Source: an uncultured Ectothiorhodospiraceae bacterium
Lineage (GTDB): Bacteria; Pseudomonadota; Gammaproteobacteria; UBA9214
Direction: 5' to 3'
DNA length: 64,000 bases
NCBI GenBank assembly: GCA_947259415.1
Contig: CAMYMI010000013.1
Location: forward strand, 487 to 64,486
Part shown: piece after piece, positions 1 through 9,654 of the stretch
Numbering within the stretch: the first letter of the stretch is position 1
Layout of the letters: each line of letters starts with the position of its first letter
Position numbers and translations under genes: made by a program
The notes under the pieces: generated by a model
Database searches by the model: none
Seen by the model: the letters and a program-made list of their open reading frames with translations, nothing else
Told to the model about the DNA's origin: nothing

Positions 1-678
1 AGTACAAAAACAGAACTGATTAACTGGATAGGTCGTAAGTATAAATATACAAAATATCTTGAGGTCGCCACTCTAACGACTGGTCACGAATTTTCATTTG
101 TTAACCAGAAGATCTATTCGACTAATGAACGAATCATGTATCGGCTACCACCAGAATTTGATGATGGAATGCCGATCTCCTGTAGATCGCCTGCTGATGA
201 TAGTAGCGCATGCTTCAAATCGTTAATAGATCAAGGCAAGAAATTTGATGTCGTATTTGTCGACCCATTCCACACTTATGAAGCATCTAGAAGAGACATT
301 GAACTCGCATTGATGGTGCTGAATACAGAGGGTACTCTGGTTGTTCATGACTGCAATCCTCCCGATAAAAAATATATTTCACCAGTTTTTACATCGGGTT
401 CGTGGGTGGGTGAAACGTATCTTGCCTTTATCGATATAGTAAGAGAGAACGATAAAGTAGATTACTGCGTGGTTGATATTGATTGGGGTTGTGGTGTAAT
501 CCGTTTTAATAATGCTGACAGTGCTACTGCATATAACGCCAGGATGGTTGGTAAAACTTGCGAACGTTTGAATAATTACAGGACAAGAAAGAAATATTAT
601 GATTGGGAGTATTTCGATAAACATCGCATCAGTCTTCTCAACCTGAAAAGCGTCAAGGAATTTAAGAGACAATTGTGA
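1..678 (+). CDS. Class I SAM-dependent methyltransferase-like protein, 5'-partial (reading frame open to window start)
   Basis: Frame of ORF 136-678 has no stop back to position 1; upstream in-frame residues include a degenerate motif-I-like 'YLEVATLTTGHE'; downstream 'FDVVFVDPFHTYEASRRD' resembles the O-methyltransferase 'FDxVFIDADK' motif; low-GC (about 40%) segment. Confidence 0.45.
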   Translation, partial: STKTELINWIGRKYKYTKYLEVATLTTGHEFSFVNQKIYSTNERIMYRLPPEFDDGMPISCRSPADDSSACFKSLIDQGKKFDVVFVDPFHTYEASRRDIELALMVLNTEGTLVVHDCNPPDKKYISPVFTSGSWVGETYLAFIDIVRENDKVDYCVVDIDWGCGVIRFNNADSATAYNARMVGKTCERLNNYRTRKKYYDWEYFDKHRISLLNLKSVKEFKRQL

Positions 679-1161
679 CTTAAATCAACAATCGATATCG
701 TTATCAGGAATCAATTGCAGAGTACTGACAAGGGCGGCCTTCAGGTTGCATTTATCGCTTACAGGAATGGCAATTATTGGCCGATCCCGGTACTACAACG
801 TGCTATCAAAAAGCCGATGAGGGCGCCTGCTGAACGGCGCCATTACCCCCGACTCAAGACATTCAGACAGTCATTGCTCCGCACATGACACACCTGACGC
901 CGCCCGGTTCAACATAACACCATGGTGCACATGGAAAAGCGTCGGGTCGGGGCCTATCTGTATCTCATCCACCCCGGCATTTCACTCGCACGATCCGTCG
1001 AGATATCGGTACAACACGATCAGTCCTGACAGACCGTATAGCAGCACACGCGTGCACGCATGTAGAATAGATTTCACCTACACACTCGACACGGCCGTGA
1101 TGTCCGGTCGCCGGGCCAGTTGTAACACAGCCTCGCACAATCGAGGACAGGGGATGACCAT

Positions 1162-2079
1162 TTGAATCTTGAGAACAAGGGGGACAAGGGAATGTGGGCG
1201 ATCAACTGGCAGACAAAAATCACAGCAAGTCTGGTGGCGGTGCTTCTCGTCATCCTGAGTTTCAGCGGCTATGCCGACAAGGTGAGCGAGGAGTACACGG
1301 AGACGGCCCTCAAACGGGCGCTCATAACCTTTGCGAGCGCCCGCGTCATCAACGGCCTCATATCCGTCGCGCAGGGGACGGAGTTGGCGCTTCAGCCGGC
1401 CGGCGTGGGGCCGATTTTCACACCCGGAGAGATACTCGACCCCATCAACGACCTTGTGGAGCAGTTCTCTCAGGTGATGCTCTTCAGCGCCGCCGTCCTG
1501 GGGACGCAGAAAATCCTGATCGAGATGTCCGGGTGGGTCTGGTACTCCTTCCTCACGGCGTCAGTGCTTCTGTTCTGGCTGGCGACCCTCTGGCTACCGC
1601 ACAAATTCAATCCGAGGACACGGCGTGTAGCGTTGGCCCTCTCCGGAATTCTACTTCTCTTCCGCTTCCTCGTACCCCTGGCCGCGATCGCAAACGAGGC
1701 TGTATTCGATCTCTTCCTGGCGCCCGGATATGAAGCCGCGACTCAGAGCCTAGTGGAGACCAAGAGGGGTCTCGACGACGAAGAGAAAGGCAACGAGGTT
1801 ACCGACGAACAGACACCCCCCAAGAAGTCTTTCTCCCGAAGTTTGTCTGACTTTGTCGGCTCACTGAAGGGGAAGGCAGACGTGAGCGACAAGATTGAAG
1901 AACTCAAAACCACCGCGAATCAGACCCCAGAGAGAATCATCGACTTGATCGTCTACTTCTTGATCCAGACTCTAATCCTCCCGATCCTCTTCGCCTGGGT
2001 CGGCTACAGCATCGCTAAAGGCTTGGTGCGCTACGCACTGGAAGTTCCGCCGGAGAGGGCGAATCCACGTGACGGTTGA
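1162..2079 (+). CDS. Hypothetical polytopic membrane protein
   Basis: 305-aa ORF with several hydrophobic helices and a charged Lys/Glu/Asp-rich loop; no recognisable catalytic motif. Confidence 0.5.
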   Translation: MNLENKGDKGMWAINWQTKITASLVAVLLVILSFSGYADKVSEEYTETALKRALITFASARVINGLISVAQGTELALQPAGVGPIFTPGEILDPINDLVEQFSQVMLFSAAVLGTQKILIEMSGWVWYSFLTASVLLFWLATLWLPHKFNPRTRRVALALSGILLLFRFLVPLAAIANEAVFDLFLAPGYEAATQSLVETKRGLDDEEKGNEVTDEQTPPKKSFSRSLSDFVGSLKGKADVSDKIEELKTTANQTPERIIDLIVYFLIQTLILPILFAWVGYSIAKGLVRYALEVPPERANPRDG

Positions 2080-2494
2080 GCGCGTTTGATCAACCAGGGT
2101 AACGTTCGTTCACAAGGTGAATTCACCTTCACCTTGATCACGCAATTTAGCAAGATAAAAGTATTTCACTCTTGTGAACGAGCGATAAACACGTCGTCTT
2201 AGGTCTGTAACTATAACCCCCCACATTTCCCAATCGAACATCCCGAGGTGAGGGACACCCTTGGGGCGACGGGCTTAGGGGGCGGATCGGGAATTTTTCT
2301 GTACGGCGAATTTGTACGCCACCTCCGGCGGTTGCCTTTACCCATTTTTGTGCTAATCTAAAAGTGCAGTCCGGCAGTCCCTTATTGGGATCGATCGCGG
2401 CAAGGCAAGGCATAGTTGAGTTGGCAGGCCAGGCCCGGACTGTATGGACCTGCCCACTCCTTTTGTTTGTTCAACCAAGAAAGGAGTGCATACT

Positions 2495-2752
2495 ATGCAC
2501 ATGCGTGATGATGTACGTGAGCCGGTGATTGAGGCGTTCGACTGCGGGAGTCCCATTCCCAAGGTAGTAGTAGAGAATCTCGGAGGACCAGCAGAGGCGA
2601 AACGAGTCTTTGGTCGCCTCTGGAACTGCAGCAATACTCTTCCCGGTTATATAGTCGATTTCATCCGATCGGATTGGCTTGGTGCCAACGAGGAAATGAG
2701 GCGTAACACCTTCGGCTCTCTCGCCCAATGGATGTTTCGACTCATGCAGTAA
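2495..2752 (+). CDS. Hypothetical small protein
   Basis: ATG at 2495 preceded by AAAGGAG RBS 7 nt upstream; overlaps a 128-aa antisense ORF; low-GC region. Confidence 0.3.
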   Translation: MHMRDDVREPVIEAFDCGSPIPKVVVENLGGPAEAKRVFGRLWNCSNTLPGYIVDFIRSDWLGANEEMRRNTFGSLAQWMFRLMQ

Positions 2753-2942
2753 CGACGAATGACGGCGGCCTTCGGGTCGCCGTTTTTGTTTGTGCTGTAT
2801 GTCCGTTACTGGCCGATCTTGGAAGTACAGAATCCGCATATCAGTTAGATTAGCCATTTATGCGGATGTCTGACTCCAATCAGAACCCGGACGTTCGATT
2901 AAATTTATCAATAATCCTGTTTATATGCCCTAAAACAAGCGT

Positions 2943-3124
2943 AAATGGTCAAGTTTCAATTTCCCCAAACTTTTCCAATGAAGATGCTCAATGCCCCAAA
3001 ATGGGCAAGTTGAATATCATCCAGCTTTCTCAATGAAGACGCTAAATGCTCCAAAATGGGCAAGTCTGATATTCCCTAATCTTTCCCAATCATGACGCTC
3101 AATAATGATTCTTAATGGGAATCA
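2943..3124. repeat. About 55-bp tandem direct repeat, roughly 3.3 copies, in AT-rich convergent intergenic region
   Basis: Units 'caatgaagatgctcaatgccccaaaatgggcaagttgaatat' (2976-3018), 'caatgaagacgctaaatgctccaaaatgggcaagtctgatat' (3031-3072), partial 'caatcatgacgctcaataatgattcttaatgggaatca' (3087-3124) and a partial leading copy 'aaatggtcaagtttcaat'. Confidence 0.7.
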
Positions 3125-3174
3125 CACGCCAACAGATACATCAACATTCATATTATTTTAATTATTTAAATCGA

Positions 3175-4635
3175 TTAATCAGCTGCGGACTGGACAAAGG
3201 ACTCTAGCTCGGCACCGAAGGCCGCCACGTCGTCCAGTATCTTGCTTTTAGTATCATCATCCGCCATCTCTGAGCGTAGTTGCTCGATCTCGGCGTGAAA
3301 ATCCGTGAAACTGAAGTGTCCTGATTCCCCGTCGACCAGACGGGCGTGGCAATGTTCCAGCCACTGCGACTGCTCGTCGGCACTGAGCGTTTCTGGGTAA
3401 TTACGCGCCCGATAACGAAACAGCATCTCCGGAAGGCGCTTGTCCACAAAGCCCCAGCTTTGTTTGCCCAGTTCCTGTGGATCGGTATCGTGAATCGCGT
3501 TCATAAGTTTCTTGTCACTGTCATTGAAGAACCCGCCGGCATAGATCATCAGGTCCGGATCGGTAACCGGCTCTAAATCGCGCGGCTCGAATATTTTGGC
3601 TACCCTTTGCTGTATTGCCTTGCGCGCATGCAGCAGTATCTGGCGATTGCGCTTACCCGTGATGAGATCGATTTGGAGCCGTTTAGCGGCATCGCCGGTG
3701 AGGGTAGCCGTCGGAGCGATAACCGGACACTTATTGATCAGAACCTGCTTGAGTGCTGGGCGCTCGACCCCTTCGGGAAGATCCTCGTTTGCGGTATAAA
3801 GTCGTTCCTGTAGAGTTTTCGCACCAAGATCAAGCAGCAACGCCGGATCCTGCGCGAGGTCGAAGACAATGATGCTGTTCTTGTTGGTCGGGTGGGCAGC
3901 AACGGGCACCACCAGACGGGTACTGCCGTGATCGCTACCGTACATTCCTGACGTGTGCAGGATCGGCGTCATCTCTTTCAGATCGATGTACTTGAGGGCT
4001 TCCTTCTTACGCCGCAGCCGGTAGAGAAAATCATAGAGCTTGGGCTGCTTTTCCTTGATCAGCTTCGCGATCGCAATGGTGGCATAGACGTCGGACAGGG
4101 CGTCGTGCGCCTGTTCATGGGTGATACCATTAGCAACGGTGAGTTCCTCAAGTCTGAAGCTGGGCCGATCGGCATCTGCGCGGCGGGGCCAGGTAATACC
4201 CTCCGGGCGTAGATCATGGCACGCGCGTACCATGTCGATGATATCCCAGCGCGAATTACCATTTTGCCACTCGCGACCGTAGGGATCGTAGAGGTTGCGG
4301 TAGAGGGTATTGCGCGTTACCTCATCATCGAAGCGCAGCGAGTTGTAGCCCACACCACAGGTATCGGGTTGCGATAACTCCGCCAGAATACGGGCGATAA
4401 ACTCGGCCTCAGGCAGACCCTGCTCCAGTGCTTGCTGCGGGGTAATGCCGGTAATCAGCGACGATATTGGGTGCGGTAGGGTATCCGGTGCAGGCCGCGC
4501 CATGATATTCAGCGGCTCACCGATGATGTTGAGGTCCTCATCGGTACGGATGCCGGCGAATTGCACCGGTCGGTCGCGCGCCGGATCCAACCCGAATGTC
4601 TCGTAATCGTGCCAATACAGCGTGTTCTGTATCAT
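3175..4635 (-). CDS. sbcB: Exodeoxyribonuclease I (ExoI)
   Basis: N-terminus 'TLYWHDYETFGLDPARDRPVQFAGIRTD' is the canonical ExoI DnaQ-like exonuclease start; 486 aa is the typical length. Confidence 0.9.
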   Translation of the reverse strand: MIQNTLYWHDYETFGLDPARDRPVQFAGIRTDEDLNIIGEPLNIMARPAPDTLPHPISSLITGITPQQALEQGLPEAEFIARILAELSQPDTCGVGYNSLRFDDEVTRNTLYRNLYDPYGREWQNGNSRWDIIDMVRACHDLRPEGITWPRRADADRPSFRLEELTVANGITHEQAHDALSDVYATIAIAKLIKEKQPKLYDFLYRLRRKKEALKYIDLKEMTPILHTSGMYGSDHGSTRLVVPVAAHPTNKNSIIVFDLAQDPALLLDLGAKTLQERLYTANEDLPEGVERPALKQVLINKCPVIAPTATLTGDAAKRLQIDLITGKRNRQILLHARKAIQQRVAKIFEPRDLEPVTDPDLMIYAGGFFNDSDKKLMNAIHDTDPQELGKQSWGFVDKRLPEMLFRYRARNYPETLSADEQSQWLEHCHARLVDGESGHFSFTDFHAEIEQLRSEMADDDTKSKILDDVAAFGAELESFVQSAAD

Positions 4636-4789
4636 TGACCTTCTCTGAAAACTGCTGGCTAGACCCTACCATAGGGCGCTCGAGGGGGACAGATGAGGCT
4701 ATTGAATAAAAAGACAACTCCGGTTTCCTTGTGAAATTCCCATTTACAAATATTTTCCGAATAAAACCGTGTGCGAACTAGGTGCCTGA

Positions 4790-5362
4790 ATGCTAGCCTT
4801 GCCATTCATGAGTTCCAGTTCCGACTCAGTGCCCCTTACCTTGGCATGCCATCCGGAGACCCCCTCTCAGGCAATACAGGGTATCGAGGTAGTGGTGGGT
4901 ACGGCGCCAGGTGATATCCTCACCCTGGCCTTTGTACTGGAAGGTCATATCTCCGGTTTACGCATCCCTAAACCTGGACCATCTCAACGGGCGAGTGGTT
5001 TGTGGCGGCATACCTGCTTCGAGGCTTTTGTGATGGCGGAGGATGGCCCTGCATATCGAGAGTTCAACTTCTCGCCCTCGGGGGAGTGGGCGATTTATGC
5101 TTTTCGCGGCTATCGGGCCGGTGACGAACTGGGAGTTGAACTGATCCCGGGAATCGCGGTACGCCGGACCGGGGGTCGGCTGGAGCTGGATGCGGAGATC
5201 TGTCAGGATTTCCTGCCACCAGGCCGTCCGCTGCGGCTGGGGCTGTCAGCGGTCGTGGAGGATGCTGATGGCGTGCTGTCGTACTGGGCCTTGCGACATC
5301 CTCCGGGCAAGCCCGACTTCCATCATACGGACGCCTTTGCATTACAACTGGAATTTCCCTGA
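4790..5362 (+). CDS. Hypothetical protein
   Basis: 190-aa ORF immediately upstream of and co-oriented with the DUF1343 gene; no recognised motif. Confidence 0.4.
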   Translation: MLALPFMSSSSDSVPLTLACHPETPSQAIQGIEVVVGTAPGDILTLAFVLEGHISGLRIPKPGPSQRASGLWRHTCFEAFVMAEDGPAYREFNFSPSGEWAIYAFRGYRAGDELGVELIPGIAVRRTGGRLELDAEICQDFLPPGRPLRLGLSAVVEDADGVLSYWALRHPPGKPDFHHTDAFALQLEFP

Positions 5363-5400
5363 ATGCGTGACTTGAACAATCCAGCGGACGGAGTGAGGCC

Positions 5401-6606
5401 ATGAAGTTTGGCATCGACCGCCTGTTACATCAGACCATACTGCGCCAGTCCCTCGCGGGGCGTCGTGTGGCTCTGTTAGCCCATCCGGCCTCTGTGACTG
5501 ACGATCTCATCCACTCCCTAGATGCCCTTGCGCGTCTCCCCGATATTCGCCTTACCGCCGCCTTCGGTCCTCAGCATGGTCTGCGCGGGGACAAGCAGGA
5601 CAACATGGTGGAGTCGCCGGATTTCAACGATCCTGAGCTGGGTATCCCGGTGTTCAGTATGTATGGCGAGGTACGTCGACCCACACCGGCAATGATGGAC
5701 AGCTTTGACGTGCTGCTGGTGGACCTGCAGGATTTGGGTTGCCGCATCTATACCTTCATTACCACCCTGCGCTATGTTCTAGAGGCGGCAGCACAATTTA
5801 ACAAGCGGGTGGTGGTGTTGGATCGACCTAACCCGGTCGGGCGCCCGGTCGAGGGGCTGACTTTGCGTCCGGGCTGGGAGAGTTTCGTGGGCGCGGGTCC
5901 TTTGCCCATGCGTCATGGCCTCACAATGGGCGAACTTGCCCTGAGGTTTGTGCGTACCCTGAAACTGGATGTGGAATGCGAGGTTGTGACCATGGAGGGT
6001 TGGGCACCCGGGGACGGGCCGGGCTATGGCTGGCCTCTGTATGAACGCACCTGGATTAACCCCAGTCCCAACGCGCCCAATCTCTGGATGGCTCGCTGCT
6101 ATCCCGGTACGGTCATGCTGGAGGGCACAACCCTGTCTGAGGGGCGTGGTACCACCCGGCCCCTGGAACTATTCGGGGCACCGGATCTGAAACCCCGAAA
6201 ACTTCTGTGGGACATGCAGCAACTTGCTCCCCAGTGGCTGCAGGGCTGCCGGCTGCGGGAGTGTTGGTTCGAACCCACTTTCAACAAACACGCGGGAAAG
6301 CTGTGCGCCGGAGTGCAGATTCATGTGGAGGACGGGGCCTACGATCATGCTGCATTCAGACCCTGGCGGCTGATGGCCGTGGCTTTCAAGGCCCTGCGCC
6401 GACAGCGGCCGGATTACGAGCTTTGGAGAGACTTCCCCTACGAGTATGAAGTCGACCGTCTTGCCATCGATCTGATCAATGGCGGCGAACTCCTGCGCCA
6501 GTGGGTGGATGACCCGGAGGCCACACCGTCTGACCTGGAAGTCCTTGCCGGGGCAGACGAGGCAGCATGGATAGCCGAGCGAGAATCGGTGATGTTGTAT
6601 GGGTGA
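5401..6606 (+). CDS. DUF1343 family protein (NamZ-like exo-beta-N-acetylmuramidase family)
   Basis: N-terminal 'GIDRLL...LAGRRVALLAHPASV...AAFGPQHGLRGD' matches the DUF1343 signature (GID..L, GKRVGL.TN, FSPEHG.RG). Confidence 0.75.
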   Translation: MKFGIDRLLHQTILRQSLAGRRVALLAHPASVTDDLIHSLDALARLPDIRLTAAFGPQHGLRGDKQDNMVESPDFNDPELGIPVFSMYGEVRRPTPAMMDSFDVLLVDLQDLGCRIYTFITTLRYVLEAAAQFNKRVVVLDRPNPVGRPVEGLTLRPGWESFVGAGPLPMRHGLTMGELALRFVRTLKLDVECEVVTMEGWAPGDGPGYGWPLYERTWINPSPNAPNLWMARCYPGTVMLEGTTLSEGRGTTRPLELFGAPDLKPRKLLWDMQQLAPQWLQGCRLRECWFEPTFNKHAGKLCAGVQIHVEDGAYDHAAFRPWRLMAVAFKALRRQRPDYELWRDFPYEYEVDRLAIDLINGGELLRQWVDDPEATPSDLEVLAGADEAAWIAERESVMLYG

Positions 6607-6895
6607 ATGTGTCAGTGAAGACGGTATAAAAACCCGTCAAAAGATCATCGACGATCAGGGGCGTGTCGATACCCTGATGGAGCAGGTCAAGGCATGGCAG
6701 GGAGCCCAGCAGTTGCGCGACTACGTCAAGGCTGTCCGTGGTGGTGGTTACTATGCACAAGCTGCCATTACCGGTGGTAGAGACTTGGAGGCCTGGTGCG
6801 ACTGGGCTTTGGACCAGGCCAGTCGCCTGGATCCAACGGTCTCCAGTCCACCATCGGTGCTGGACTACAAGGACCAGTTCTTTTGGCGCCGATGA
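6599..6895 (+). CDS. Hypothetical protein (start overlaps DUF1343 stop, ATGGGTGA)
   Basis: 98-aa ORF translationally coupled to the upstream gene; no motif. Confidence 0.35.
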   Translation: MGECVSEDGIKTRQKIIDDQGRVDTLMEQVKAWQGAQQLRDYVKAVRGGGYYAQAAITGGRDLEAWCDWALDQASRLDPTVSSPPSVLDYKDQFFWRR

Positions 6896-7085
6896 TATCC
6901 CTGTTAATTCCCTGTTCCTGATTTCAGGGACTGTCCACTGAGCACAGAAATTGGCAATTAAAACAGATAATTGTCGGAAGAGGAGGGCGGATACAGGTCA
7001 ATAAGGTGCGATTTTTCCCTGTATTTTCCCGTCTAACAGGGAAATCAGCGGAGACGGGTTCGCAGCAGACTGCAACCACCGCCAT

Positions 7086-7122
7086 CCATAGAAAAAGGGG
7101 CTTTGCGCCCCTTTTTCTATGG
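7086..7122. terminator. Perfect palindromic hairpin (16-bp stem, 5-nt loop) with flanking A/T runs; bidirectional intrinsic terminator candidate
   Basis: 'ccatagaaaaaggggc tttgc gcccctttttctatgg'. Confidence 0.6.
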
Positions 7123-7811
7123 ATTATTGATGGTGGAATCGAACCCTCGATATTCAATTGGCCGGTTCGACAAGCGGCGTAGCCGCGAAGAACGTCGCCG
7201 CATAGCGGCGGCGGCCCCGAAGGGGCGAGGGCGTAAGCCCGAGTAATCCCTCCCTCTCCGCCATACAGTCTGGTCTCTGTCCAGCGTCTCTGCGGGGCAG
7301 AGCCAATCCAACAAGAATTCAGCTGCTTAGTAGGTATAAGAGGTGTTATTCAGCCCCGAACACCGAACTACTTTCCGCGAAATCTTCGCAAAATCCTGGC
7401 TTGTCTCAAATGCCGATTTCGCTAGTTCGGTTATGACAGTTTGACCGAGTAGATAGTCCGGGCCTGATGGCGCTATCGTCAATATTAAGAGCAAGCCTTA
7501 CGTGTGAGACGGTACATCTGAAGCTATTAGCATTGTGTGATGCGAACTTCTGTTTCGATGGTGGGTTCATGATCTTCAATAAGCAAATCTTCAGCCATTC
7601 CTAGAGCCGGTGCAACCGTATACCCTCTTGATACATGAATGGATACGGGGGCCACCCATTCTATCGGCATTTTTGGAAAAATTCCCCCGCATCATGCATA
7701 CTTTGCACTGCCAACCTTACCGTGTGAGAAAGGCACGGTGACCACGCGCTACACACCCACATTTTGATGCTTTGACATCCTAACCAACCGGAATGGAGAT
7801 TAGCGGTCCAT

Positions 7812-8891
7812 ATGTTTACATTTGCAGCCAACGTCGAGGAACTGATAAATAACTTCCGCATCGAGGGTGCCACGTTCCGCTACAGCAGCTTCGTGCCCCG
7901 GCTCTACAACTACGTCAAGTCACTGGGATTCGAAACGGGCAAGATGCTTCCGTCACGCGCCTTCTGCGCCGACGAGAACCAGGGCTACCCGATCATCCTC
8001 CTCACCAAGCATTTCGGTAGCTACCCGTTCAACCACGGGCGCGGCGGAGCCGTTGTCGCGACGGATCGCCATGAGCCTTTCGCTGAGCACGGAGAAGGCC
8101 TGGTGATCATTCACGCCAGCCATGTCGGCTATGAACCCGACAGCGAGCAGTTCGGCGCCTACAACCGGGTACACACCCGGGACAGCCGCCACACCGCATG
8201 CTGCGGAAAGATCAACGCCATCGTATCCTGGTACCTGGAACAGTATCGAATCGCGCAGGCCGACATCCTGCTGGAATGCTCAGACGGCGCGTTATGCCTG
8301 CGGATTGACAACGGCCTGCTGCGCCACAGCACCGCCAAGAGCTTTCTTGCCAGCGATGCCCTGCAAAAGGAGCTTGCGCACCTCGAGAGTAAAATCAAGG
8401 ATGGTCAACGTATTCCCATTGGTGAACACCTCAAGCCGGACATGTTTTTCTTCCGTCGCGAGCTTGATGAAACCGTTGAGGGTCGCAATCACCAGGAACT
8501 GGAACTGATATACCCCATGCCCTGGATCGTGACATCACCCTGGCCGCTATTGACCGCCGCCCAGATCAATACCCAGGTCGAGTTCGACCGCACCTTGCGC
8601 ACAGTTGCCCATGCAAACATCTTTCGTGACAAGTGCCTTTTTTACATATCCGGACTGAATATCGACATATCCCCGCAGCCCGGCGAACTCTTCCCAACAA
8701 CCAAGTTCGTCCCCTGGGCCGCCTTCCTCAGGGATAGAAAGGGGGGGCAACGCATCATAGAACAGGCCGAGCTGGTCAGCCTGTTGCGTCAACAGAGCAA
8801 GGAAAACCCCGACCAGATCGATATGGACCAGGCCATCCGCGAGATGGCGGAGGCCGACACGGTCGAGATTGTCACACCGGCCAGCGCATAG
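7812..8891 (+). CDS. Hypothetical conserved protein; possible LCIB/beta-carbonic-anhydrase-like fold (tentative)
   Basis: 359 aa; contains 'FCADENQG' and 'HTACCGKINA' reminiscent of the beta-CA Cys...HxxCG zinc motifs; otherwise no match I can assert. Confidence 0.5.
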   Translation: MFTFAANVEELINNFRIEGATFRYSSFVPRLYNYVKSLGFETGKMLPSRAFCADENQGYPIILLTKHFGSYPFNHGRGGAVVATDRHEPFAEHGEGLVIIHASHVGYEPDSEQFGAYNRVHTRDSRHTACCGKINAIVSWYLEQYRIAQADILLECSDGALCLRIDNGLLRHSTAKSFLASDALQKELAHLESKIKDGQRIPIGEHLKPDMFFFRRELDETVEGRNHQELELIYPMPWIVTSPWPLLTAAQINTQVEFDRTLRTVAHANIFRDKCLFYISGLNIDISPQPGELFPTTKFVPWAAFLRDRKGGQRIIEQAELVSLLRQQSKENPDQIDMDQAIREMAEADTVEIVTPASA

Positions 8892-8892
8892 T

Positions 8893-9450
8893 ACCCGGCA
8901 TACCGGCCTGAAAGGTGAGGGGCTTGGCCAGATCACGAACACCGTTTCCATCCGTGAGCGACCGGCCTAGGTCGATGATCGGACGGTGCCCGGTCATTGG
9001 GAAGGTGACCTGATCTTCGGCACCCACAACAGTCAAATCGCCACGCTCGTGGAGCGGAATACGCGCTACGTAATGCTGGCCAAGGTTAATGGTAAGGATA
9101 CCGAAAACGTGATCAACGCCCTGATAAAGCATGCTCACAAGTTACCGAGAGAACTCTACAAGTCACTCACCTGGGACCGTAGCAGCGAGATGACCGACCA
9201 CCAGCGCTTCACCCTGGCAACTGACATCAAGGTGTACTTCTGTGATCCGTAGAGCCCCTGGCAGCTGGGTTCGAATGAAAACATCAATGGATTGTTACGG
9301 CAGTACTTTCCCAAGGGCACAGATTTGTCGGTAGACTCACAGACAAAGCTGAATGCAGTGGCTCGTCAGCTAAATGAGTGACCGAGAAAGACGCCAGGTT
9401 TTCAAACCCCGGCAGAATGTTTTAATGCGTGTCTTGCGTCGATCGGTTGA
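8893..9450 (+). mobile_element. IS30-family transposase gene remnant (DDE domain C-terminal part; frameshifts and two in-frame stops)
   Basis: 'VSIRERPA' / 'DRPRSMIGR' / 'GHWEGDLIFG...NTRY...KSLTWDRSSEM...[32 protein letters not shown]...LNE*PRKT..TPAECF' matches the IS30 Tpase C-terminus in three shifted frames with TAG and TGA interruptions. Confidence 0.8.
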
Positions 9451-9654
9451 ACTGGCAGTAAATAATTAAGGCGGCCCAAGTACCGCCTTGGGATGATTGT
9501 AAGTCTGTTACACAGTTTTCCTTCTGGCTACCGCGATCAGACTAACCAGACCGCTACCGAACAGGCAAACAGCAGGAGAAATTGGTGCTGAGCTAACATT
9601 GCCCGCGTGAAGAGCTCGGACCATGTGATGTTGAACACGATCATCTTGTTGCCT

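Noticed and set aside
2471-2857. 128-aa minus-strand ORF overlapping the 2495-2752 plus-strand ORF
   Set aside because: It has no RBS and is His/Arg-rich low-complexity. The plus-strand ORF has an AAAGGAG RBS. Both remain low confidence.
7123-7150. tRNA gene on the minus strand suggested by 'GGGTTCGATTCC...ACCACCA'
   Set aside because: The T-stem pairs only 3/5, and no acceptor stem or anticodon arm can be built with the downstream sequence. At best a decayed tRNA 3'-end fragment or att-site scar, not a functional tRNA.
7123-7520. tmRNA (ssrA) hypothesis for the GC-rich structured island
   Set aside because: No ANDENYALAA-type tag reading frame on either strand, and no 5'/3' acceptor-stem complementarity. 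A 'GGGGCTGA' match to the tmRNA 5' end is isolated.
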